Source: Tubiluchus corallicola (Eukaryota > Animalia > Priapulida). From it: 46,541 nucleotides of DNA. Location of the stretch: the NCBI GenBank assembly GCA_030141605.1, contig JAQGDQ010001334.1, forward strand, positions 1 through 46,541, given 5' to 3'. The notes beneath the pieces are model-generated. The model ran no database searches. It was not told where the DNA came from and saw only the letters and a program-made list of their open reading frames with translations. This document shows positions 1 through 13,431 of this stretch, piece by piece. The translations under genes were made by a program, and so were the position numbers. The stretch's first letter is position 1. The number at the start of each line of letters is the position of its first letter.

Positions 1-1469
1 GCGCAATTGCGATGACGGTAGAACGAGTTTGTACAAGCAAGTCACCCACACAGTTACTAGTAGATTATAGGGGCATTTGTATGTGTTTATATGCACGCTT
101 GCAATTTGTTTGTAATAAATGACTCAATACAACACATAAAGAAAAGTAAATATAACAGGTAAAAATTTAATTATTTACTCAATTAATTAATTAATCGATC
201 AGTCAATTAGCAGGTTAATCATGACCGAGTAAACTTTCGATACCAGACTGAAATTTGGTAGCGCCATGTGGGTGGCCAGCCCCAAATGTGAAGGGAAAAC
301 CACTTTTGGTGAAAAATCTAGTCCTCTATAAGAGCATGTTATTCGATAGCAAACCCCTGAGGGTGTTGTGGATATCCCAATGTCCACATGACGGCACGCT
401 TATCAGGTACAACACAGCGTTCTTCACGTGCAGGCACACTGCTCGATCCGCGGAGTGCTCATCATTACCATTCGGCCCACTGTCCACGGTCTTATGCACA
501 TATCCAGTCAGCGCAGCAAAAAGCGTGGTTGACAAAAAAATCTACAAACAGTTTAGTGACATACTGGCGCGTGACTCCGTCTTGTAGCGGAGCGTCCTTT
601 CTCTCAGCGACTGGTTTTGAGTCAGTTGGTCCATGTGGGGGGACAGCGGGATCCAGATTCCAGCCCTCCTCCGAGAGATGCATGCATTTTCGTGTCGGGT
701 TCGAATTTCAGCAGGGTCTGCAGGTAGCCGTAGTCGTGGACAGTTTTTTTGCACTGAGTTTTTGGACTGAACTGGAAGCATGCAGTTTGTCAAGAGCTTG
801 TCCATGTTTTCGAAAACGTTATAATTTACACACAAAAAATATGACTATCTCAAGCAAAAACCAAGTCTATTCTTTTGTAACCTTTCCTGCATTTTTCACA
901 TAGTTTTATTTTTTCTTTGACTTTTTCACTGGGGCACCAGTTTAGGTGTTGTTGATTTGCACCAGAGTCTAAAAATATTGGAAAAATATTTTTCTCTTAC
1001 TACAAACGTACACAAAATTATTAATCAAAGGCAGAATTTATAGAATTTTTGTGCTGAGCTTTTTCAATAATATTTGCTAAAAGCTTGCATAATGCATTCG
1101 CATTTTCACATCAGGTTTGTCTAATTGCATGTCACGCCAGGTATTAGATTTCACAAGAAAAACTAAATATTTTCTGAAACCTTTCCCATAATAAAAGTCT
1201 TTCAGCTCTAAAAATTCACATAATATTTTTCCGGCTCCTTTAGAAAATTATTTCTTAACTCTTTCCCAGGAGTGTTTTCCCAGATGTTCTCATGCAGTTA
1301 ATTTACACGGGAATCTTAAAAGGCGAGAAAATATTTTTCTTTGCTTCAGAATTCACCGGGCTTTCCGCTTGTATGTATATATATGTATATCTTTCTGCTT
1401 TTCGGGTGTCGCATTACAAAATCATTGTCTCAGTGAAAACTCTGGCATGAAAAACGGTAGGACAGTTCT

Positions 1470-2310
1470 GAGACGTGCGTGGAAAAACCAAGATTCTAGA
1501 ATGCGCAAAAGCTTGAGGTTTTTATTGAAATAAGTTTTGCGCACAAAATTTTCCTCAAACTTCTAGAGCGCAGAGCTTAAGCAGGCGGAGCAAAACTGCT
1601 GCTGATCAAAGCCGTTACGGTCACGGCTCTGGCTCTGATAGACAACTGACAGTTTCTGGGCGTGAGCACTTGCTGTCAGACTTTCTGGGCGTGTCTTTTT
1701 CTGCTATATTTCCACCTGATAACCCAAGCAAATCATTTGCCTTGTGATATTCGTGTAGCGAGCGTGAAAAACGTGCCAATAGAGGCATCTTTGCAAATTA
1801 GTTTCTGCACGTAATTTCAGCAATTCAGCATCTTCATGTGGAAGTGAAACGTGTCCATTAGTGTTTTATGAATACTTTGTTCTCTTTGAAAATAGAAGTT
1901 TCATTGGTGCGATTTTGTCATAAATTTGAAAATTTTCGGTATCGAGTTTTTGTGTGACGTAAAGTATTTTTATACAGTGATTGTTTGGGCATTGCATTTT
2001 GATCTTTTTTTGTTGTTTTCAAAATAAAGGCTGCGCTGCGTGCAAGTGAAATAACGTGAATTTGTGAGTAACGTATAAGAATCAAGATAGTAAGAGTACG
2101 GCTTCTTTACTATATTCATTCAATAATTATAATATAATAATAATTCATTAACCTTATTTTTCTGTAATCATTATTTGTTGCTTTTATCAAATAAATTAAC
2201 TCCTTTTGTTCGGTTTCATTATGAAACTGCATAATATTAATTGTTTGCTTGTGATTATTCTTAATAAACCTGATGAAGTATTTTCCGATTTGATAAAAGT
2301 TTCTGAAATT
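1470..2310 (+). repeat. Unclassified dispersed repeat, copy A
   Basis: About 70% similar by eye to 11050-11880; the core gctgatca.agccgt.acggtcacggctct..ttctgggcgtgtcttttt is shared. Confidence 0.75.
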
Positions 2311-2544
2311 CTTAACGTTTAATGTAAATGTCTTTATAGTAGGGCAATATAATTTAAAAATTGTTTAATGAAACTGACTAAAAAGATGATAATGATGAAA
2401 ATAAAATGACTATAATCATAAGAAGATATCAAAACGGAAAATACTTCAGGTTACGCATCTTTAGTTTCTTGTAGTGTAGTGCACAGAAAAACATAATTAC
2501 GCAAATTACAATTATTGCAATTATACAATTTTTAAGATTCCTGA

Positions 2545-4245
2545 CAAAATGACTGTTGCTAGCTTATAAGGGCTTCATGTTACCTATCAGAGCATACAAG
2601 ATAGGGATTTTGGTGTCTAAATATAGGTTTTCAAGACCAAGGAATCCATATCTGATGGTTAAATGCACGTATGATTGCACTGCTTTTCAAGATGGCAGCT
2701 AAAATAGTTGCAAATTTTGCACGAAATGATGCAATTGCTTGTTTTACCATAAAAGCCTGAAACATTTCACAATGCAAATACCCTTTTGATTGATTTATTT
2801 TAGATACGAAGCCATTCGAAAATTATCCAATATGGCCACAGCATTCAAAATGGCGGACAAGATGGCTGTTGCCAGCTCATAATGGCTATATATTTTAGTA
2901 ATTGTAAACAGTCTACATGTTTTCTCAACTAACATGCACATACTGTCATATCGTAGCAAAGTTATGTGTAATTGCTGGTATGGCTTCTCGAATGAATATT
3001 TTAGGTACAGTAGGAGATAATGCGTTAGGTATATAACTATTCTCTGGTTAATGTCCTGAACAGGGAAATGCATCCAGTAAGTAGATTTTCATGAAATTGT
3101 GAATGCCATAGGCCATTGAAAAGAACAGGTTCTGTCAGCTCTTATTGGTTGCGTCCAGATTTCAGATTTTGCCAGGAAAGGAAAAAGACAGCCTTCTCTA
3201 CGTGATATGAGCTGAAGCGATAACAAAACCATTTTTACTCTAAAATTATTCCTAGAGCTAAGCTGCTGACTTACAACATGTTTGTGCTTAAATATTGACC
3301 TTCGCTCTGGTATGGCAAAGTCAAAGGTGTATATGTGTTGACTTTGTCATACTAGAACATAACAAAATAGTAAAGCACAAATGTGAGGCAAGTCAACTGC
3401 TTTGCTCTAGGAATAACGCTTAATGACACCAAATTTTTTGTTACGTCTTCAACACTTACCATGTAGCCAGGCTATCTTTTTCCTTTCCTGTCAGAATCTA
3501 AAATCTGATCTCAAGCTGTATCAGCTGGCAAAATTTGATTCTATCCGGGGCCTACGGTGTTCCTAAAAAGTTATATGCCATATGTTTTTTCCTGTTTCAG
3601 ACATTAAGCAGAGAATATCAATTCACCTAACACATTATACCTAAAATACTGTACCTACAATAATCATTCGAGAAGCAGTACCAGCATTCAAACATAACGC
3701 TACTGCACTCCGACAGTACGTGCATGTTAGTTGACAAACCTAGTAGACTTTGTTTACAATTCCTAAAAGATATGACAGTTATGAGCTGACAGCAGCTGTT
3801 TTTTTCGGCCATCTTGAATGTTGTGGCTACGTTCAATAATTTTCCTTTGGCTTCATATCTGAAATTAATCAATCGTTTGGGAATTAGCATTGTGCAAAGT
3901 TTCATGCTTTTAAGGTAAGCAAGCAATTCCATCATTTTGTGCAACACTTGCAGCGATTTTGAAATTGTCTGTAATTGTAGAGGCATCTGAGCGTCAGATA
4001 TGGATTCATGACTTTGATTCCTATATTTAGACACCAAAATCCTTATTGTGTATGATCCGATAGCCAAGGTGTAGGACCCATATAAGCTAGCATATTGTTA
4101 GCCATCTCGAAAACTGCTGTCATATTGGGCGAATTTCGAATGGCTCCATATTAAAATTGATCACCTTAACGAGCTTTAGCACTGTGCAAACAAACGTTCA
4201 ATGCATTTAAAGCAAAGAGAGCATTTTTCGACATTCTGGTGACTA
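2545..4245. mobile_element. AcademX-derived foldback element, centre-deleted copy (symmetry axis about 3332), left end truncated
   Basis: Inverted arms around 3308-3355; right end CTGGTGACTA at 4236-4245; 2820-4245 is nearly identical to 6346-7769. Confidence 0.75.
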
Positions 4246-4962
4246 CATACCCATTCATTTTCAACGTCCATCTTTTACATACCCTTACTTTTTGACGTCA
4301 TAATTAGGCAACTTGTAGGGCTCAAATTTCGGCATAATTTGGACAAGTTATTCTCTTGACCATCAACTACATGAAAAAATCACAAAACGTTTTCTTACAC
4401 TTTTTATTACGCCAAAATTTTGTTTGGCCATGGCGATTTTTAGCCGCCTGTTCACGATTTATCGAAGTACCAAAGAAATTCTTTGTACTGACAAAAACTA
4501 ATACCTAAACCATGCAAAATAACACTGATGCTATTGTTGTATATATATGATACGAAAAGAGACTCTGCTTTGTAACAACATGGACGAAGCTATACTGTGT
4601 GTTAAGCTGAATTCTAGCTTGAATATTTTGGATGTCACGTTTGGATGTCAGTTGTGCAACAAACATGATTAATTTGGTTAGCATATATCAGAAGCAAAAG
4701 ACTCAATAGCATCAATTCCACAATCTGCATGGTACGAGTGTTAGAACCATGTTATTAATAATTTGAGTTTATTTATTGTTGCGAACTGCATTTGAGTATT
4801 CTCGAAATAGAGGCTCGAAGTCGTCTTTGTAAGACCAACGAAGTTTTTAAGTTACATGCCATAACTGTTGTAATAGTTTCATTGGCCGGACTGCAGGAAT
4901 GGTTGATTTTCCCATATGCAAACATCTAAATGTCATTAGTGAATTATAATTAGCACAAGCCA
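2820..4962 (+). repeat. Direct repeat of about 6346-8310
   Basis: Near-identical sequence by eye, with a deletion of about 170 bp near 7875 in the second copy. Confidence 0.9.
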
Positions 4963-5101
4963 CACACTTCTTCTCACACATAAGTTGATGTCCTATGAGA
5001 GATTTCAGGGAACTGCTCAGGAATAGTGCTACTCTGGAAGAGAAAAAGAGATCAGAAATAATATAGCTCTTACTTATAACAATATAACTAAATTTTTTAA
5101 G

Positions 5102-8100
5102 CCGAGTGATGAGTTCTCACTTCATGATATGAAATGTTTCTTTTATTGAAAAAGCAGTTTTGCAACTTGTGTAATTGCTAACAATAAAATTATTACCCTA
5201 GTGCTACACTGAGTGGCTTGTGCTAAGTATAATTCACTATTGGTACTTAGATGCTTGCCGATGGGAAAATCAGCCATTCTCTCCTGCAGCCCGGCCAATG
5301 AAACTATTACAACAGTTATGGCATGTAACTTAAAAACTTCATTGGTCTTACAAAGACGATTTTGAGCCTCTATTTCGAGAATACTCGAAGGCAGTGCGAA
5401 AGCAATAAATAAACTCAAGTTATTAATAACATGGTTCTAACACTCGCACCTGGCAGATTATAGAATTCATGCTATTGAGTCTTTTGCTTCTGATATATTC
5501 TAACCAAATGAATCATGTTTGTTGCATAACTGACATCCAAACGTGACATCCAAAATATTCAAGCTAGAATTCAGTTTAACACACAGTATAGCTTCATCCA
5601 TGTGGCTGCAAAAGAGAGTCTCGTTTCATATCATATATATATACAACAATAACATCAATGTTATTTTGCATTGTACAGGTATTAGTTTTTGTCAGTACAA
5701 AGAATTTCTTTGTTGCTTCGATATACTGTGATTAGGTGGCTAAAAGTCGCCATAGACAAACAAAATTTTGGTGTAATAAAAAATTGCAAGAGAAGATTTT
5801 GTGATTTTTTTTCATGTAGTTGATGGTCAAGAGAATAACATATCCGAATTATGCCGAAATTTGAGCTCTACAAGTTGCCTAATTATGACATCAAAAGGTA
5901 AGGGTATGTAAAAGATGGACGTTGAAAATGAAAGGGTATGTAGTCACCAGGATGTCGAAAAATGCTCTCTTTGCTTTAAATGCATTGAACGTTTGCTTGC
6001 ACAGTGCTAAAGTTCGTTAAGGTGATCAATTTTAATATGGAGCCATTCGAAATTCGCCCAATATGACAGCAGTGTTCGAGATGGCTAACAATATGCTAGC
6101 TTATATGGGTCTACATCTTAGCTATTGGAGCATGCAGGATAAGGATTTTGGTGTCTAAATGTAGGAATCAAAGTCATGAATCCATATCTGAAGCTCATAT
6201 GCCTCTACAATTACAGACAATTTCAAAATGGCTGCAAGTGTTGCACAAAATGACAGAATAGCTTGCTTAACCTTGAAAGCATGAAACTTTGCACAACGCC
6301 AATTCCCATCCCGTTTTATTAATTTTAGATATGAAACTAAAGGAAATTATCCAATATTGTCACAGTATTCAAAATGGCGGACAAGATGGCTGTTGGCAGC
6401 TCATAATGGCCATATCTTTAGTAATTGTAAACAGTCTACATGTTTTCTCAACTAACATGCACATACTGTCATATCGTAGCAAAGTTATGTGTAATTGCTG
6501 GTATGGCTTCTCGAATGAATATTTTAGGTACAGTAGGAGATAATGCGTTAGGTATATAACTATTCTCTGGTTAATGTCCGGAACAGGGAAAAGCATCGAG
6601 TACATAGATTTTCGTGAAATTGTGAATGCCATAGGCCATTGGAAAGAACAGGTTCTGTCAGCTCTTACTGGTTGCGTCCAGATTTCAGATTTTGCCAGGA
6701 AAGGAAAAAGACAGCCTTCTCTACGTGATATGAGCTGAAGCGATAACAAAGCAATTTTTACTCTAAAATTATTCCTAGAGCTAAGCTGCTGACTTACGAC
6801 ATGTTTGTGCTTAAATATTGACCTTCGCTCTGGTATGGCAAAGTCAAAGGTGTATATGTGTTGATTTTGTCATACTAGAACATAACAAAATAGTAAAGCA
6901 CAAATGTGAGGCAAGTCAACTGCTTTGCTCTAGGAATAACGCTTAATGACACCAAATTTTTTGTTACGTCTTCAACACTTACCATGTAGCCAGGCTATCT
7001 TTTTCCTTTCCTGTCAGAATCTAAAATCTGATCTCAAGCTGTATCAGCTGGCAAAATTTGATTCTATCTGGGGCCTACGGTGTTCCTAAAAAGTTATATG
7101 CCATATGTTTTTTCCTGTTTCAGACATTAAGCAGAGAATATCAATTCACCTAACACATTATACCTAAAATACTGTACCTAAAATATTCATTCGTGAAGCA
7201 ATACCAGCATTCAAACATAACGTTTCTGCACTCTGACAGTACGTGCATGTTAGTTGACAAACCAAGTAGACTTTGTTTACAATTCCTAAAAGATATGACA
7301 GTTATGAGCTGACAGCAGCTGTTTTTTTCGGCCATCTTGAATGTTGTGGCCACGTTCAATAATTTTCCTTTGGCTTCATATCTAAAATTAATCAATCGGT
7401 TCGGAATTAGCATTGTGCAAAGTTTCATGCTTTTAAGGTAAAGCAAGCAATTCCATCATTTTGTGTAACACTTGCAGCAATTTTGAAATTGTCTGTAATT
7501 GTAGAGGCATATGAGCTTCAGATATGGATTCATGACTTTGATTCCTATATTTAGACACCAAAATCCTTATTGTGTATGATCCGATAGCCAAGATCTAGGA
7601 CCCATATAAGCTAGCATATTGTTAGCCATCTCGAAAACTGCTGTCATATTGGGCGAATTTCGAATGGCTCCATATTAAAATTGATCACCTTAACGAACTT
7701 TAGCACTGTGTAAATAAACGTTCAATGCATTTAAAGCAAAGAGAGCATTTTTTGACATTCTGGTGACTACATACCCATTCATTTTCAACGTCCATCTTTT
7801 ACATACCCTTACTTTTTGACGTCATAATTAGGCAACTTGTTGAGCTCAAATTTTGACACAATTTGGACATGAAATATTACATGCAAAATAACACTGATGC
7901 TATTGCTGTTGATATATGATATAAAAAGAGACTCTCCTTTGTTGCAACGTGGATGAAGCTATTGTGTGTGTTAAACTGAATTCTAGCTTGAATATTTTGG
8001 ATGTCAGTTTTGCAACAAACATGATTCATTTGGTTAGCATATATTAGAAGCAAAAGAGTCGATAGTATCAATTCTATAATCTGCATGGTGCGAGTGTTAG

Positions 8101-8420
8101 AACCATGTTATTAATAACTTGAGTTTATTTATTGTTGCGAACTGCGTTTGAGTATTCTCGAAATAGAGGCTCTTTGTAAGACCAAAAAAGTTTTTAAGTT
8201 ACATGCCATAACTGTTGTAATAGTTTCATTGGCCGGACTGCAGGAATGGTTGATTTTCCCATATGCAAGCATCTAAGTACCAATAGTGAATTATACTTAG
8301 CAAAAGCCACTCAGTGTAGCTCTAGGGTAATAATTTCGTTGTTAGCAATTACACAAGTTGCAAAACTGCTCTTTCAATGAAAGAAACATTTCATATCATG
8401 AAGTGAGAACTCATCACTTG
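5102..8420. repeat. About 3.3-kb imperfect palindrome extending beyond the transposon termini
   Basis: gagtgatgagttctcacttcatgatatgaaatg at about 5104 is the reverse complement of catttcatatcatgaagtgagaactcatcact at about 8387-8418. Outer arms are about 90% identical; inner arms are much more diverged. Confidence 0.9.
5941..7769. mobile_element. AcademX-derived foldback element, centre-deleted copy (symmetry axis about 6855)
   Basis: Candidate termini TAGTCACCAG..CTGGTGACTA. The axis is ctggtatggcaaagtcaa..ttgattttgtcatactag. Positions 6562-6738 (+) read ILWLMSGTGKSIEYIDFREIVNAIGHWKEQVLSALTGCVQISDFARKGKRQ, which carries the XPG-like TGC motif. Confidence 0.75.
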
Positions 8421-8749
8421 GTACAAGAGTACTAGAATCAATTAAAGTGACCTTGGATATCACAAAGCGAATATGTATTGAAGAGATAATTATTATTGTC
8501 TGGAAATCACTATACGAATAAATTAGCACATGCAGCCCTATAACAGTACCCTATAACAGCGTGACTTTACTAATGCTGAGTAACAAAATTAACTTTTAAG
8601 TAATACACGACGGAAATATATTTGTGGATAAAAAATTGCTCTGTTTTCGCGACTCCAGTTCCCAAAACCTTTCGTATGATTTTGCATCCTTGCACCTTTT
8701 ATACATTTTCTGTCTAATTATTGTAAGTATCCAGACAATATCCAGACAT

Positions 8750-9815
8750 TGCAACACTTTAATGTCTGGAACAGGGAATGCCTGAGATATATAATTTTTC
8801 TTAAATTTTTCATTGTGGCCGCAGAAGAAAAAGATGGTCTACATGTAAGCAAGAGTTAACAGAAATATTTGGTGCCTCTAAGCAATATTCCTAGAGATAA
8901 TATATTCCAGTATTATAAAACCAACACATGCATGAATGTGATTGCTGACAAAGCAGTTAAGGACTTGTGCAATTGTAGATTGTGCAACTTTGGAGGAAAG
9001 CGAACAGGTTGTCCATTAAGCAGAACTGTTAGCACCCAGGGATTGTTCCCTGGCCTAAATATTACTATCATAATGAGTCAGGTTGGAAAGGTTTTGCCGA
9101 ATTAACAAGAAAATCACAATGGATTTTGTATTCCAAAGCATCAAAAAGCATCAGCTTATTAAATGTTGTTGCCAGCAGGCGAAATGGTGCTAAGTCAGCT
9201 GCTTAACGCTGGGAACAATGCTTTGAGAAACAAAATTCCTCTGTTACCTCTTCAGCACTTACCATGTAGACCATCTTTTTCCTCTCGAGGAAAATCTAAA
9301 ATCTGGTCTCAACTAGCTACATAATTTGAAAAAGCAAATCAGTAGTGAAACAATTCGCAAAAATAAGGCCCGTATAAGCCGGCGACAGCCATCTTGTTGG
9401 ACTCCATGCATGCAGTACCTTTATTGGGTAATTCTTAATTGGATTCGTATCTAGCCATCGCATTGTGCAAGCTTTCTTGCTTTTAAACAAATGCGAGCAA
9501 TTCAATTATCTAGTGCAACATTTGAAACAATCTTAGCTGGCATTTTGAAATGCATATTTAAGCACCAGATAATGGATTTATTTAACTTGAAAATCTACAT
9601 CTAAATGTCAAGATATTATCCTCTGTGCACTAAAAGCGAAGATATATCCCTTCTAAGCTGGCAACAGCCATTTTGTCAGCCAACTCGAAAATTGTGGCCA
9701 TGTTGGATGAACTTCATTGAGTCTGTAATCAAAATTAATCACTTTAATGGATTCTAGTACTCTGCATTGTTTCCTACTCTCGAGTCAAATGGACATTTTT
9801 TACAGCTCTGGTAGA
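8750..9815. mobile_element. Degenerate partial copy of the AcademX-derived foldback family
   Basis: 8750-9195 aligns with the coding arm (SGTG..CLRYI, QYYKTNTCMNV..KDL). 9200-9815 aligns with the inverted terminal arm (gccatcttgtt, gctggcaacagccattttgtc). Confidence 0.6.
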
Positions 9816-10219
9816 ATAAATAGCCGTTTCTTTAGTTTATCGTCTAGTTTCACAGTGAATTTCTTCAGTGACGCTCGCATACTGGACAAATTCAGCAAAA
9901 TATGTGTGGAAATAGTACATACATCTTTCATTTGTTCTCGAAAATAATGTTCTAGTTTAATCTGGTTTATTTCGGTTTAATACTTACAGTCTTCATGCGG
10001 CTAAATTCAAAAGTAAATAATATGACGCCTTTTGAGGGATTAAATAAAAAGAAACAATTGTTCAATGAACGAATATCAGGCAAAATTTGAACAAATTTTA
10101 TACCTGACTTGTCAGACAGTAAACTGGTAGAAAGATTTTACCTTGCGTTGCCTAACTACTGAGTTATTAAGTTATTTGTATCCCACAGGAAATGCCTGGA
10201 CGTCTCCCTCTTTAGACGT

Positions 10220-10506
10220 CTCGCCAAACCCCGCAAAAAATTTGCATGTAAACCCTTGATGACAAGCCATTGTTCTCACATTCACGACACGAAATTCTTT
10301 GCTAGCCCATCAATGCAATACATTTAGATATAGCTAATAGTTCTTTCAAATGCCTCGTAAATGTGTTATTACAGTTAAATGGCTATTCGCTTTAATCTGC
10401 TAAATACGTTCGTGACACAAGCCATACCACGCTCAACTCCCACATCATACCACACCACACCACTTCTATCACATCACACCTACTACACCACTCCACCATC
10501 ACCATC
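10220..10506 (-). mobile_element. Degenerate Helitron 3'-end fragment
   Basis: ctcgccaaaccccgcaaaaaatttgc (mutated CTAG plus hairpin), followed later by a CACCA-rich tract. Confidence 0.5.
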
Positions 10507-10694
10507 AGGTTGGAGCCTCGAATATTTTATGTGAGGGGTCAGACTAAGATCGTTCATTTTGTAATAATTAAGCAATAGCTGATTTTCGTAAATTGGGTGT
10601 TTTCACACAAATTTGATGTCTAGACTAGGCATGTGACCGCATGTGATGCAACGTAAACAATTGCACTTTGAATGTAAATAATTCAGCAACAATT

Positions 10695-10696
<2 letters not shown>

Positions 10697-10760
<64 letters not shown>

Positions 10761-10784
10761 CATAATAATAATAATAATAATAAC

Positions 10785-10816
<32 letters not shown>

Positions 10817-10876
10817 AAAAATAATAATAGTTATTATTATTATAATGATAATGATAATAATAATAATTAAAAAATA
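10697..10876 (+). repeat. (AAT)n microsatellite
   Basis: Direct reading. Confidence 0.97.
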
Positions 10877-11049
10877 AGTTTTAGCCCTTATATTGTCAAT
10901 AATAATTACTAGAAAAGGTTGTTTTCTATCGTCGGTGTTCCAATGTTTCTATCATTACTAATCTTAACAAAAGCTGTTTTCTCAAACTAAGTTCTGCCAA
11001 GGAAAACACTATATAGACTGATCTGTAACTTGAGCGGGAAAAACCCACG

Positions 11050-11880
11050 TTACGTAAAAACAACAATGATCTAGAATATCGCATAATGCGCAAAAACTAG
11101 AGGTTGGTTAAAACTTAAAATTTCATCAATTTAATTTTTTAATATTTCTATTTTTATGTTTAATCGTTTGATAATTTTTGCGCAAAACATTTTTCTGAAA
11201 CGCTTGCGGCACAAGACTTAAGAAGGCGGGACAAAGCCGCTGATCATAGCCGTCACGGTCACGGCTCTTGATCTTACAAAGCCTTGAAGTTTCTGATGGT
11301 GAGCATTTGCCATCAGAGCTTCTGGGCGTGTCTTTTTTCCGCTGAAATGCCATACAACAACCCAAGCCCAACCATTTGCCGTATGATTTCTCTGCAGCAA
11401 GTGCAAATAGTGAAACGTGATTAATGTTTTGCAGAAATTTTGTTCGTTATTTGAATCTTTTAGTGAAATTGAAGTGCCATTGATGTTTGGTGTGATTTTG
11501 TCTTATATTTTCGTTTTTTTCTGGGTATTCTTAAGCATTGTTTGCGCAGTGATTGCTTATGCATTAAATTTTGTTTGTCTTTTGTGATTTCAAATTGATA
11601 GTGGCTGCGTTGCATTTACGTGAAATAATGTGGGCTTGTGCGCCATATTCATGAATAAAAAATATTAAGCGAGCGGTTGCTCCGTTTATGCCTGGCGTAA
11701 GATTATGATAAATTTATTAAATCATTTTTCTGTAATCATTTTTTGCTTTCATTAATAAATTTATTACCTGTTTTCTGTTTCAGTGCGAAACTACATATAC
11801 AAATTGTTTGCGTGCAATTATTCTTATTGCATATACTCTTTGAAGTATTGTCTGATTTGTTTAACGTTTATAAGTTTATT
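11050..11880 (+). repeat. Unclassified dispersed repeat, copy B
   Basis: Collinear with 1470-2310. Confidence 0.75.
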
Positions 11881-12708
11881 AAAGTAAATATTATTATTAA
11901 AAAAAATTCTTTACACTATAACTATTAGGATCAATTTGCTGACTTGGCCTGGCAATAAAAATGGCAAGAAATAGCACCGTATTTTTGTGTTTTCCCGTAT
12001 TATTTGGTCCAGGGAGGAACGTATCGAAAATATCCTGAAACTTGAGGCCGCAAAGGGCTTAATTATCAAGTCAGAGAGATGGCCACTATTTAGACTGCCA
12101 GATGGTCATTTTGATTCGAAAGAATGAAACTTTTGCACTGCGCTAGAGTTCATTAAGATAATTAGTTTTGGTTATGGAGTCAATCGAAATTCGTCCAATA
12201 TGGCCACAGTTTTCCGAATAGCCCACAATATGGCTGTTTCTAGCTTACAAGGACATCACCTTGTCTATCAGAGTAGACAGGATAATAATATTGATGCTTA
12301 TATTTGAGTTTTCAAGGTCAAGGAATCCACATATGATGCTTGAATACCTCCATAATACCCACCCCATTTTGAGATAGCTGCAAATATTGTACAAAGTGAT
12401 GGAAATGCATATTTTGACTTAAAAACATGAAATTTTGCAAATTGCCATTGCCCATCCAGTAAACTAATTTTGGATTTGGAGCGAATTAAAAACTATCCAA
12501 TAGGACTACAGCATTCAACATGGCTGACAAGATGGCTCTTGTCAGGTCACAAAGGTTATACCTTTTAGAAATTGCAAAGAAAGTCTACCAGTTTTGCGAA
12601 CTAAAAGTGCACCTACAGTCACAACGTAGCAAGATTATGTTTGAATGATGGCATGATTTCTTGAATGAATATAACAGCTTCTAATAATGTGTGAGGTACA
12701 TTACTACA

Positions 12709-13312
12709 CTCTGCTTAATGTCTGGAACAGGCAAATGCCTTAGGTATATAGCTTTTCCTAAAAATTTGAATGCCGTAGGCCCTAAAAAGAATCAGTTCTA
12801 TCAGCTTTTAGTGGTTTACCAGATTTGAGATTTTACAGGAGAGAAAAAAGATAACCTTTTCTACACAGTAGGTGTTGAAGAGGTAACAAAGAATGTGGCG
12901 TCTCTAAGCATTTCCTAGAGCTAAGCAGATACTTTCCTAAAGTTTGGGCTTGAATGTTTTGCCGCAGTCCAGTATGACAAAACCAGTACATGTATCAGTG
13001 TCACAGTTGATGTAACAGATAAAGACTTGCCCACAAGGAAAAGAGTGTCATTGGATGTAATGTTTGAGCATACCAATTGGGTTGTGCAGCAAGCAGAACT
13101 GTCAGGACCAGACATTGCACCCTGCCCCAAACTTTACTATCATCATAAGAGATAGGCTAGAAAAGTTTTACTGAACTGACAAGGAAATCACGCTGGATTT
13201 TACATTCTAGAGCATCAAATGAGAGTCTACCACTTGTTTAATGTTTAACCAGCAATCGAATTTGTGCTGTGGCAGATGTAAATGCACTGAAACGAGTATT
13301 GTTTGCACAAAA
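12709..13312 (+). pseudogene. Decayed C-terminal XPG/FEN1-like nuclease plus Cys-rich region of an AcademX-like transposase
   Basis: With frameshifts it reads LCLMSGTGKCLRYIA..AVGPKK, LECFAAVQYDKTSTCISV..KDLPTRK..SLD..EHT..VVQQA, QTLHPAPN and CGRCKCTETSIVCT. This matches the family pattern as I recall it: LW..GTGK..RYI..HEI..LGP.K..TGCD..LERFV..LYD.TS..CKC..L.CT. Confidence 0.72.
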
Positions 13313-13431
13313 GATATATTTTAGATATGTTTTAAAATTAAATTAACAATAGGTTTTAATAAATATATCATTATTACATGTACTATGAATAATAATAGCT
13401 AGGTTTTGTTGATAACATCTAAACTACGTCA

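Noticed and set aside
2795-7446. Repeated ORFs 2795-3073, 3627-4067, 6289-6543, 6369-6749 and 7150-7446
   Set aside because: They recur only because the DNA is duplicated or inverted. The recognisable protein relic is in another frame and is broken.
10603-10877. Poly-Asn and poly-Tyr ORFs (likewise poly-His/Asp/Ile at 20585-20851 and 35392-35991, and the SIHP/SINQ and THSL repeats)
   Set aside because: Microsatellite translations.
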